Shown here one piece after another: positions 18,993 through 26,571 of a stretch of 27,730 bases of DNA. The DNA lies in UHGV virus genome UHGV-0278671; one strand, written 5' to 3'. The notes below the pieces were generated by a model. That model did not search any database, was not told the origin of the DNA, and saw only the letters and a list, made by a program, of their open reading frames with translations. Position 1 is the stretch's first letter. Every line of letters begins with the position of its first letter. The position numbers were made by a program, and so were the translations under genes. Origin of the DNA: a virus.

Positions 18993-19123
18993 CCTATAAT
19001 CCCGGCAGCAATAGCTATCGGGATCCACTTCACATATCCCGCATAAAAAGCACTGAACAAGCAGACACCGAAAAAATAAATATCCTTTGTATTCATTTAC
19101 TTATCATTATTTCATCAAAAATA

Positions 19124-19165
19124 AATACCTTGGGTATTTACACAATAAAATACCTACAGTATTCT
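19124..19165 (+). promoter_or_regulatory. OL operators overlapping pL
   Basis: Perfect operators AATACcttggGTATT (19124-19138) and AATACctacaGTATT (19149-19163); -35 TTTACA 19137-19142, 17-nt spacer, -10 TATTCT 19160-19165. Confidence 0.6.
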
Positions 19166-19211
19166 TTAGCCATCAGCAGGACGCTGGTAGCCAAACGGAA
19201 CATATTGGCAG

Positions 19212-19252
19212 GCTCTTTAACATTGATGGGATTGTCCCGCCGAAATGCGGGA
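19212..19252 (+). promoter_or_regulatory. nutL: boxA GCTCTTTAACA plus boxB hairpin
   Basis: boxA 19212-19222 matches the rrn-type boxA consensus; boxB tcccgccgaaatgcggga 19235-19252 (5-bp stem CCCGC/GCGGG), identical to nutR. Confidence 0.6.
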
Positions 19253-19359
19253 ACCAAAGAGTAGTTGGCTTTGGGGTGACGTGAAGTGCAGCTGCACGAC
19301 GGCAACCGGAAGATAAGCACCCGGCGCGTCACCTCCAAAGTCAATCATCGGAGATCAAC

Positions 19360-19632
19360 ATGACAGTAGTCATTACATATCTGGCTGACGATAACACCAG
19401 AAATCGCCGCAGAGCACGCAGACAGGCTCAACGTGAACAGGCAATGCAAGAGCAGCGACTGGCGCGAAAAATTGCGCTAAAGCTCTCTGGTTGCGTCAGA
19501 GCAGACAAAGCAGCATCACTCGGAAGCCTTCGCTGCAAGAAGGCAGATGAATGCAGTGGAAGTATTTGCCTGCCAGAAGTTGCGCTTTTCGCAGCTGGTC
19601 ATCGTACAAGTAAGCAGGTTACAGCGAGGTAA
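19360..19632 (+). CDS. N: N-type antitermination protein
   Basis: Arginine-rich motif NTRNRRRARRQAQREQ near the N-terminus; C-terminus LPEVALFAAGHRTSKQVTAR resembles P22 gp24 as remembered; first gene after pL/nutL. Confidence 0.75.
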   Translation: MTVVITYLADDNTRNRRRARRQAQREQAMQEQRLARKIALKLSGCVRADKAASLGSLRCKKADECSGSICLPEVALFAAGHRTSKQVTAR

Positions 19633-19635
19633 GTG

Positions 19636-19860
19636 ATGAATCAGACATACATTCCATCATGCTTGAGAAATCTGCCAAAGCAGAAAGCAAAGCCCCGCAA
19701 GCAAGCCATAAAGGACGCTAAGGCAGAGGTTATTGATCAAGCAATACAATTGCTCAGGGAGGAGTTAAGAAGTGGCAAGCTCGAAGGAATGATGATGCCC
19801 TATCAGCGCGGATATCTATCGGCGATTAGTAAGTTGGAAGTATTGAAGAGTGAATTATGA
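19636..19860 (+). CDS. Hypothetical protein (74 aa)
   Basis: Starts immediately after the N stop; GAGG 7 nt before ATG 19636. Confidence 0.4.
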   Translation: MNQTYIPSCLRNLPKQKAKPRKQAIKDAKAEVIDQAIQLLREELRSGKLEGMMMPYQRGYLSAISKLEVLKSEL

Positions 19861-19922
19861 ACTATCTGGAATTTCCGGATGGTTCATTGTTTTGGCAGCA
19901 AACCACTTATTTGAGGTGAGAT

Positions 19923-20393
19923 ATGACAAAATCATGGAGCGTACCTTTTCCTGAATCAGAAACTGAACATGATGGAATGCCTGTTTTCTGGAGATTCCAG
20001 GCGACAGTTGAAGAAGATGGGATAAAAATATTCGCACTTCAATATATAGCTTTTCATCAGACAGAGCATTATGCATGGTTGGTTCCTGCGCATTGGATTG
20101 TTAATTTTAAACCAGCACCAAATCAGTGGTTACAGGAATGGAAACAAAGGAGAAATAGATATGCAATTAAGAAAGTAGCAAAAAATGCAGAAAGATCTTT
20201 TGCATTCCCAACGAAGAAACTTGCCATTGAGAGTTTATTGCGCCGGAAGAAATACCATTTAATGAGAATCAAACAAGATTTGGCTGTTGTATCAACTCTT
20301 GTTGATGGGATGAAGAATATTGATACATCAACACCAGATATTGAATATAACTTTGGACACAACCAAGAAACAGAAAATTGGGTATTCTACTAG
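19923..20393 (+). CDS. Hypothetical protein (156 aa) in an AT-rich segment
   Basis: GAGGTGAG before the ATG; visibly lower GC than neighbouring genes; no recognisable motifs. Confidence 0.5.
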   Translation: MTKSWSVPFPESETEHDGMPVFWRFQATVEEDGIKIFALQYIAFHQTEHYAWLVPAHWIVNFKPAPNQWLQEWKQRRNRYAIKKVAKNAERSFAFPTKKLAIESLLRRKKYHLMRIKQDLAVVSTLVDGMKNIDTSTPDIEYNFGHNQETENWVFY

Positions 20394-20626
20394 GACGCAT
20401 AGTCGGCCTTTATTTTTGGCATAAACAACAGAATAAATACTGCACTGTGTATTCATTCCAACGAGTGAATACACGGAGCAATGTCGCTCGTAACTAAACA
20501 GGAGCCGACTTGTTCTGATTATTGGAAATCTTCTTTGCCCTCCAGTGTGAGGGCTTTTTTATATGCATACCAATAACGCTTCACTCGAGGCGTTTTCGTT
20601 ATGCAATCAAACAGAAGGAGCATCCT

Positions 20627-20797
20627 ATGCAACAGTTCGCTATTGCAGGGGCGGCATCGGTTCGCCCTTTCAACCCGATTTTATCGGTACAGCATTCACG
20701 AAAAAACATTCTAACCGGAGCAGACTTTAAACAACCAAGAATGAAAAGTTTGCTCGAAAAGCTTTGGGATATTTTGAAACAACAAGGCCGCCCATGA
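20627..20797 (+). CDS. cIII: CIII-like protein (FtsH inhibitor)
   Basis: 56 aa MQQFAIAGAAS...LLEKLWDILKQQGRP resembles lambda CIII (MQYAIAGWPVAG...WKRLIDILNQPG); AAGGAG 6 nt before the ATG. Confidence 0.65.
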   Translation: MQQFAIAGAASVRPFNPILSVQHSRKNILTGADFKQPRMKSLLEKLWDILKQQGRP

Positions 20798-20952
20798 GTT
20801 TTACAGATAACTGGTCAGACGAAGAATTCATTCGTCAGATGAAAGAATTAATCGGTAACGAAGGAGATATTCATGTCACTTGCAACCACAGTGAAGGAGA
20901 GCAAGTTACAGAGACGCATGTACACGCAGAAAGCTCTCTGGTATCGCCATAA
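20794..20952 (+). CDS. Small hypothetical protein (52 aa) at the kil/arf position
   Basis: ATG overlaps the cIII stop (ATGA). Confidence 0.35.
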   Translation: MSFTDNWSDEEFIRQMKELIGNEGDIHVTCNHSEGEQVTETHVHAESSLVSP

Positions 20953-21051
20953 TGGCGACCGCGAAGGAATGCGGGTATGCCTTAATTTGTCCCGAGTCGA
21001 AGTATTAAATCAGCGTTATTTCCTTGGGCCGTGTCCATTCTGAGGTGAATT

Positions 21052-21759
21052 ATGGATTTGAACAAATTCGATGAGCCATTCAGCCCTGAAGATATCGAAT
21101 GGCGAATACAGCAAAGCGGTAAAACACGCGATGGCAAAGTGTGGGCTATGGTGCTGGCTTATGTCACGAACCGGGCAATCATGAAACGCCTGGACGATGT
21201 TTGCGGCAAAGCAGGATGGCGCAATGAATACCGCGATATTCCCAACAACGGCGGCGTTGAATGCGGCATATCAATAAAGATTGATTCCGAATGGGTAACC
21301 AAATGGGATGCTGCTGAAAACACGCAGGTAGAAGCCGTCAAAGGTGGTCGTTCCGGTGCAATGAAGCGCGCTGCCGTTCAGTGGGGAATCGGTCGGTATC
21401 TGTATAACCTTGAGGAAGGTTTCGCACAAACATCTCTCGATAAAAAGCAGGGGTGGCACAGGGCAAAACTCAAGGATGGAACAGGATTTTACTGGCTCCC
21501 TCCATCGCTGCCGGGATGGGCAATCCCAGCATCAGATAACAAACCATCACCAGAAAGTACCAACCAGAAATCTCCATCGGTTGACTGCGAGAAAATCCTG
21601 AAAGACTTCAGCGATTATGCGTCAACAGAAACTGACAAGAAAAAACTCATCGAGCGTTATCAGCGTGACTGGCAATTAATGGCTGGCAATGAGGATGCGC
21701 AGGCTAAATGCGTTCAGGTAATGAACATCAGAGTTAACGAGCTAAAACAGGCGGCATAA
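21052..21759 (+). CDS. Single-strand annealing protein: Rad52/Sak-like N-terminus fused to an Erf-like C-terminal domain
   Basis: N-terminal region resembles Rad52-family annealing proteins; C-terminus YASTETDKKKLIERYQRDWQLMAGNEDAQAKCVQVMNIRVNELKQAA matches the P22 Erf C-terminus as remembered. Confidence 0.75.
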   Translation: MDLNKFDEPFSPEDIEWRIQQSGKTRDGKVWAMVLAYVTNRAIMKRLDDVCGKAGWRNEYRDIPNNGGVECGISIKIDSEWVTKWDAAENTQVEAVKGGRSGAMKRAAVQWGIGRYLYNLEEGFAQTSLDKKQGWHRAKLKDGTGFYWLPPSLPGWAIPASDNKPSPESTNQKSPSVDCEKILKDFSDYASTETDKKKLIERYQRDWQLMAGNEDAQAKCVQVMNIRVNELKQAA

Positions 21760-22233
21760 ATGGCAAGCAGAGGCGTAAATAAGGTGATCATTATTGGTCG
21801 CCTTGGGCATGATCCAGAAATCAGATATTCACCATCAGGAACGGCATTTGCAAACCTTACAGTTGCTACGTCAGAACAATGGCGTGATAAGCAAACTGGA
21901 GAGCAAAAGGAGCAGACGGAGTGGCACCGTGTGGTAATGAGCGGGAAACTGGCAGAAATTGCCAGCGAGTATCTGCGGAAAGGCTCAGAGGTTTATCTTG
22001 AAGGCAAATTGCGGACAAGAAAATGGCAGGATCAAAGTGGACAGGATCGGTTCACTACCGAAGTTATCGTAGGCGTTGGTGGAACCATGCAAATGCTTGG
22101 TGGCAAGCAAGGAGGCAATGAACAGTCTTCACCTCAGCGAAATAACGGTCAGCAACAAAGACAGCAACCTCAGCAGCATGGAAATCACAGCGAACCACCT
22201 ATGAACTTCGACGATTCGGATATTCCGTTCTAG
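21760..22233 (+). CDS. ssb: Single-stranded DNA-binding protein
   Basis: [23 protein letters not shown]...TEWHRVV...LRTRKW... near-identical to E. coli SSB as remembered; acidic tail ending DSDIPF. Confidence 0.9.
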   Translation: MASRGVNKVIIIGRLGHDPEIRYSPSGTAFANLTVATSEQWRDKQTGEQKEQTEWHRVVMSGKLAEIASEYLRKGSEVYLEGKLRTRKWQDQSGQDRFTTEVIVGVGGTMQMLGGKQGGNEQSSPQRNNGQQQRQQPQQHGNHSEPPMNFDDSDIPF

Positions 22234-22242
22234 GAGCTGAAT

Positions 22243-22722
22243 ATGAAAATCTGCTCAAGATGCCATCAACAGAAGGAAGAAAGGGACTTTCAAATCAGAA
22301 GAGCATCCAGAGATGGATTAACTGCCGCTTGCCGGGCTTGCCTGGCTGAATATGACAAAGAGCGCGCGGGATTGCCACATCGAGTATCAGCAAGGAGAGA
22401 ATATCAATCATCGGAACGCGGCAGAGAACGGTGTAACGCAGCCAAAAAGCGGTTCATTCAGAGCAACCCATGGAAAAGAAAAGCCCACATCATCGTGGGT
22501 AATTTTTTGCGCGACGGTAAGCTAATCCGACCACCACAATGTGAGTGCTGCGGATCAGAATGTAAACCACAGGCGCACCACTGCGACTACAGCAAACCAA
22601 CCGATGTGATGTGGCTCTGCAAGTCATGTCATGTCGAGTGGCACAAACATAACAAACCTATCTACCCAGACGAGGAGCCAGTAACTCTCCCCTTCCCTCG
22701 TCACGCTATTCACGCAATTTAA
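22243..22722 (+). CDS. HNH-family endonuclease-like protein with N-terminal Cys cluster
   Basis: CSRCH...CRAC and C-terminal QAHHCDYSKPTDVMWLCKSCHVEWH fit a zinc-bound HNH motif. Confidence 0.55.
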   Translation: MKICSRCHQQKEERDFQIRRASRDGLTAACRACLAEYDKERAGLPHRVSARREYQSSERGRERCNAAKKRFIQSNPWKRKAHIIVGNFLRDGKLIRPPQCECCGSECKPQAHHCDYSKPTDVMWLCKSCHVEWHKHNKPIYPDEEPVTLPFPRHAIHAI

Positions 22723-22730
22723 GGACTTAC

Positions 22731-23279
22731 ATGAATCACTTGATGGTTGACCTTGAAACAATGGGCAACGGGCCATACGCGCCAGTTATTTCTATTGGGG
22801 CGGTATTCTTTGACCCGAATACCGGAGAAACAGGAGAAGAGTTCTCGGTAAATATCTCGCTTGAGTCATCAATGCGATATCGGGCGCGTCCTGACGCTTC
22901 AACGATTTTATGGTGGCTGGAACAGAGTGAAGAAGCCAGAAAATCGCTAACCAGCAACATTCAGGAGCTTTCAACGGCTCTTTCATGGTTATCTGAATTC
23001 ATCATAAAGAACGCTAACCACAAATTCGTTCAGGTTTGGGGGAATGGAGCATCATTTGACTGCGTTATTCTCCGAAACAGTTATTCGCTGACAGGGCAGC
23101 CAGTTCCATGGCAGTGGTGGAATGACCGCGACGTAAGAACAATCGTCGAGCTTGGAAAGGTAATAGGATTCGACCCTAAGCGAGATATGCCATTCAAAGG
23201 AACTCGCCACAACGCTCTTGATGATGCCATTCACCAAGCCAAATACGTTTCAGCGATCTGGAAAAAGTTAGCTAAATAA
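22731..23279 (+). CDS. DnaQ-like 3'-5' exonuclease
   Basis: DEDDh-type motifs: MVDLET (Exo I), FDCVILRN (Exo II-like), HNALDDA (Exo III). Confidence 0.65.
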   Translation: MNHLMVDLETMGNGPYAPVISIGAVFFDPNTGETGEEFSVNISLESSMRYRARPDASTILWWLEQSEEARKSLTSNIQELSTALSWLSEFIIKNANHKFVQVWGNGASFDCVILRNSYSLTGQPVPWQWWNDRDVRTIVELGKVIGFDPKRDMPFKGTRHNALDDAIHQAKYVSAIWKKLAK

Positions 23280-23295
23280 TCAACAGGAGAAAACC

Positions 23296-23589
23296 ATGCC
23301 AGCGCCTCTGTATGGTGCGGATGACGCGCGCCGCTGTTCCGGCAATTCCGTATCGGAGGTGCTGGATAAATTCAGAAAAAACTACGATCGGATAATGTCG
23401 CTACCGCAGGAAACGAAAGAGGAAAAGGAATTTCGCCACTGTATATGGCTTGCAGAGAAAGAAGAACGCGAGCGAATTTACCAGACATCAATCCGACCAT
23501 TCCGCAAAGCCACATATACCCACTTCCCTGAAATTGACCCGCGCCTGCGTAATTACCGCTCACGCTATGGTGCTATCAGTAATGACTGA
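23296..23589 (+). CDS. Hypothetical protein (97 aa)
   Basis: AGGAG before the ATG; no recognised motifs. Confidence 0.45.
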   Translation: MPAPLYGADDARRCSGNSVSEVLDKFRKNYDRIMSLPQETKEEKEFRHCIWLAEKEERERIYQTSIRPFRKATYTHFPEIDPRLRNYRSRYGAISND

Positions 23590-23599
23590 GGAATTTACC

Positions 23600-23767
23600 A
23601 TGAGAGGACTTGCATACAATCCCGGCATTCTTCCGGCAGAAATGATTATTCGCCAACGCGTAAAGCCAATGCCATCGAGAGAGGAATTGCTTAAGAGAAA
23701 TAGTTTCGGTTCTGTTAATGACAACAAATATCTGAATGCAATGTGGCGCAAAGGAGGCAAGCAGTGA
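23600..23767 (+). CDS. Small hypothetical protein (55 aa)
   Basis: GAGGA 8 nt before ATG 23600; stop overlaps the next gene's GTG start. Confidence 0.3.
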   Translation: MRGLAYNPGILPAEMIIRQRVKPMPSREELLKRNSFGSVNDNKYLNAMWRKGGKQ

Positions 23768-24354
23768 GCAACATCGACAAACAGGCGCAGCGTAAAGCAA
23801 AGGTAATCACAAAGGAATTTGTTGAGGAACACCTTCACTACGATGGGAAGGATTTTTTCTGGAAGAAGCGCGAACCAAGTTCGTTTTCTGACAGCCGCAC
23901 ATGCAAGGTTTGGAATACTCGAATTGCAGGGAAGCGGGCCGGAGGAATCAGCGCTCAAGGTTATGTAGAAATTCAAATCAAAGGGAGTCGATATAAGGCT
24001 CATAGATTAGCGTGGTGTCTTGTTCATGGCGATATACCAACAGACATGCAGGTTGATCACATTAACCACGACCGAACTGATAACCGAATAGAGAATCTGC
24101 GCCTTGTTGATAATCAGGGAAACCAAAAGAACTCTTCGATACGAAAGGACAACATTGGAGGCTGCACAGGTGTTACCTGGAATCCTAGCCATAAAAGATG
24201 GATTGCCTACATACGCGAAAATGGTAAGCACAAGCACATTGGTAGCTTCATTAAATTCTCTGATGCTGTAAGAGCAAGAGAGGAAGCTCAGGCAAGGCTT
24301 GGATTCCACATGAATCACGGCGCCGCTGGCATTCGCATCAAAGGAGGTGAGTAA
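23764..24354 (+). CDS. HNH homing-endonuclease-like protein with C-terminal AP2-type DNA-binding domain
   Basis: [36 protein letters not shown] (HNH motif); C-terminal [27 protein letters not shown] (AP2-like); AAGGAGG 6 nt before GTG 23764. Confidence 0.65.
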   Translation: MSNIDKQAQRKAKVITKEFVEEHLHYDGKDFFWKKREPSSFSDSRTCKVWNTRIAGKRAGGISAQGYVEIQIKGSRYKAHRLAWCLVHGDIPTDMQVDHINHDRTDNRIENLRLVDNQGNQKNSSIRKDNIGGCTGVTWNPSHKRWIAYIRENGKHKHIGSFIKFSDAVRAREEAQARLGFHMNHGAAGIRIKGGE

Positions 24355-24530
24355 TGCGTGTGGCATTTTTCGGCTTGTTACCGTACCCGACTCGTTTTTG
24401 GGCTTCTGCGCTAATTGCAAAGCCACAGGTCCTGATGGCTGACAACATCACCCCAGCACCAAAGCGCCGCCATACCGGTATTGCAGCTGCACGGCGCGCA
24501 GTAAAGAAACGCAGGAGAGCAAAACGATGA
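24354..24530 (+). CDS. Small basic protein (58 aa), below the ORF-track cutoff
   Basis: AGGAGG 6 nt before the ATG, which overlaps the HNH stop (TAATG); hydrophobic N-terminus and Arg/Lys-rich C-terminus. Confidence 0.3.
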   Translation: MRVAFFGLLPYPTRFWASALIAKPQVLMADNITPAPKRRHTGIAAARRAVKKRRRAKR

Positions 24531-24718
24531 AAAACCGTAAAGCAAAGATGCTTATTTCCCGTGTATACAGCCGTTGCTATCCCAGCCAGTGGTTGAGAGT
24601 TAGCAATCGCCGTATGGTGTTGTACTTATATTCTGGAATTGCCAGAGAGGGAATCAAAGATAAGCCCAGCGCAGCGCAAAACCGCTGGAAAAACCACTTG
24701 CGCACTAAAGGAGAGTAA
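24527..24718 (+). CDS. Small basic hypothetical protein (63 aa)
   Basis: ATG overlaps the upstream stop (ATGA). Confidence 0.35.
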   Translation: MKNRKAKMLISRVYSRCYPSQWLRVSNRRMVLYLYSGIAREGIKDKPSAAQNRWKNHLRTKGE

Positions 24719-24719
24719 T

Positions 24720-24938
24720 GTGCCAACATTATTCAGAAAAGAATATCCGCGAAGAAGTCGAATAACAGAACTCCTGTTTATCATTCTGTTTATCGTGTTG
24801 ATGATACCGATAAACCTGCTGTTTCTGGTTTGGATAATCGGAAAAATATTTGAGCCGATTGTTGAATTGTATATCGATATGACATGGGAACCATTCAGGG
24901 CGCTACACAATAAAATTAATCCGTATAAGGAAAGCTGA
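24720..24938 (+). CDS. Small single-pass membrane protein (72 aa)
   Basis: GTG start with AAGGAGAG upstream; hydrophobic helix LLFIILFIVLMIPINLLFLVWIIG. Confidence 0.35.
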   Translation: MPTLFRKEYPRRSRITELLFIILFIVLMIPINLLFLVWIIGKIFEPIVELYIDMTWEPFRALHNKINPYKES

Positions 24939-24939
24939 T

Positions 24940-25203
24940 ATGGCAACTTTGACAAAAAAAGAACAGGCATGGTTGAACGAATTACAGGAAGTTCTTGATC
25001 GCTGTCCATCACCGAAAAAAATTGGTTTTTACACCATTGGCGATAAAAGCATTTACCTGTATGACCTGCGCCGCATGGATGAAATCATGGAGGCTCTTGA
25101 TAATCGTTCGTCGATGGATTGGTGTGTTGCTGTCCATGATATGAATGCAGGGTTTGATGAAAAGATTTTGTTCCCCTCATCAGTTGAAAGCACTGCGGGT
25201 TAA
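24940..25203 (+). CDS. Hypothetical protein (87 aa)
   Basis: AAGGAAAG before the ATG; starts 2 nt after the upstream stop. Confidence 0.45.
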   Translation: MATLTKKEQAWLNELQEVLDRCPSPKKIGFYTIGDKSIYLYDLRRMDEIMEALDNRSSMDWCVAVHDMNAGFDEKILFPSSVESTAG

Positions 25204-25213
25204 GGAGTAACAC

Positions 25214-25999
25214 ATGACCACTATTACCAAAGAACGTATCGAATTGTTCATTAAATCCCCGCTTGAAAACGGGCTTACCCGTGGCGAACAAATGGAAGTG
25301 GCACGGATTGCTTTGGCATCACTGGAAGCAGATCCTATTGGTGAAGTTTCAGAGAAGCGATACGGCCTTATTATGGATGGAACGGTAGACCTTGGCGGGA
25401 AATCAACTTATCGCATCATTAAGGGAGAAAAAGCGATGAAGTTGTTTCCGCTGGGGACGAAGTTTTATACCGCCCCGCCAGCGCCGGTATCTGTGCCCGC
25501 TGCGATGGAAATTGATGATGACTTTGACAGCGCGTTTGAACACGGAAAAGCTGTCGGCTGGAACGCCTATCGCGCCGCCATGCTTCAGGCCGAACCTGTA
25601 AGTAATAGTGATGAGTTACCGCTGGACTATCTGCAAGGACACAAAGACGGCCTGGAGTGGGCTGCACAATTGGCAGAAGCCAATCATCCGCAAACAGGTG
25701 ACTGGTTGTACGACGACCAAATCGATCTTGCCAGGGCGATTCGCAAAGGTCCGGATATGCCTACTGTTCAGGGTGGCAACTCTCCGGTAACTCCGGATGG
25801 TTGGATAAGCTGTAGTGATCGAATGCCGGAAGACACCAAAATGTTACTGGCATTTAGTCAAGGTGAAATCGTGGCCGCATATTGGAACTGGGTTGTAAAT
25901 CCAATTGATTACAAAAAATATAGAGCTTTCACGTATTTATCAGGAAATATCTTGGATGACGTAACTCACTGGATGCCGCTACCAGAGCCTCCACTTTGA
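25214..25999 (+). CDS. Hypothetical protein with DUF551-like C-terminus
   Basis: AAGGAG before the ATG; C-terminal W-rich segment ending THWMPLPEPPL is typical of DUF551 phage proteins (from memory). Confidence 0.55.
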   Translation: MTTITKERIELFIKSPLENGLTRGEQMEVARIALASLEADPIGEVSEKRYGLIMDGTVDLGGKSTYRIIKGEKAMKLFPLGTKFYTAPPAPVSVPAAMEIDDDFDSAFEHGKAVGWNAYRAAMLQAEPVSNSDELPLDYLQGHKDGLEWAAQLAEANHPQTGDWLYDDQIDLARAIRKGPDMPTVQGGNSPVTPDGWISCSDRMPEDTKMLLAFSQGEIVAAYWNWVVNPIDYKKYRAFTYLSGNILDDVTHWMPLPEPPL

Positions 26000-26095
26000 A
26001 AGCGAAGCTTATACATATCTTTTACATCAGCAATCTATTGTTAATCTCCAATCAATGTTACGTTGTCATCTCTCTCATGCTTTGGAGGTAGTGAT

Positions 26096-26275
26096 ATGTC
26101 TTGTCCAAAATGCGGTTCTGGAAATATTGCAAAAGAAAAAACAATGCGTGGATGGTCTGATGATTATGTGTGCTGCGATTGCGGATACAACGACTCTAAA
26201 GACGCATTTGGAGAGCGTGGTAAAAACGATTTTGTCAAAATTAATAAAGAACGCGAAGGCAACGAAAAAAGCTAA
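26096..26275 (+). CDS. Small zinc-ribbon protein (59 aa)
   Basis: GGAGG 6 nt before ATG 26096; CPKCGSG...CCDCG pairs. Confidence 0.4.
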   Translation: MSCPKCGSGNIAKEKTMRGWSDDYVCCDCGYNDSKDAFGERGKNDFVKINKEREGNEKS

Positions 26276-26338
26276 TTTATTTATTCATATATGAAAACAA
26301 TGTAACCAATATTCGAATTGAAGAACTGAAAGAACACC

Positions 26339-26364
26339 AAGCCGCCTGATGGCGGTTTCTTTTT
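26339..26364 (+). terminator. Candidate Rho-independent terminator at the end of the early-left operon
   Basis: GCCGCC-TGAT-GGCGG hairpin followed by TTTCTTTTT. Confidence 0.4.
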
Positions 26365-26379
26365 GCCTGGAGAATTAAG

Positions 26380-26571
26380 ATGACCGATACCAGCCTGATT
26401 CCTGAGAAAGAAGTGATGAACAAGCTCGGTGTTTCATCACGTCAGACAATCTGGAACTATACCAAACGGCACGGATTTCCGAAGCCAGTCAGAACCCACC
26501 CCAAATCATACCTTCGTGAAGCTGTTGAGGGGTGGATTCTTAACGGTGGCGTTAATCAGAAATGCTCCTGA
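26380..26571 (+). CDS. alpA: AlpA-family regulator/excisionase
   Basis: 63 aa with HTH KEVMNKLGVSSRQTIWNYTKRHGFPKP typical of the AlpA/Xis family; GGAG before the ATG. Confidence 0.65.
   Translation: MTDTSLIPEKEVMNKLGVSSRQTIWNYTKRHGFPKPVRTHPKSYLREAVEGWILNGGVNQKCS

Noticed and set aside
18993-19086. Inverted repeat ATCCCG...CGGGAT after the cI-linked membrane gene as a terminator
   Set aside because: Loop is about 14 nt and there is no T-tract; not a convincing intrinsic terminator.
19855-20362. Minus-strand ORFs 19855..20076 and 20123..20362 opposite the AT-rich gene
   Set aside because: Antisense to a plus-strand ORF with a good ribosome-binding site and operon context; no start signals.
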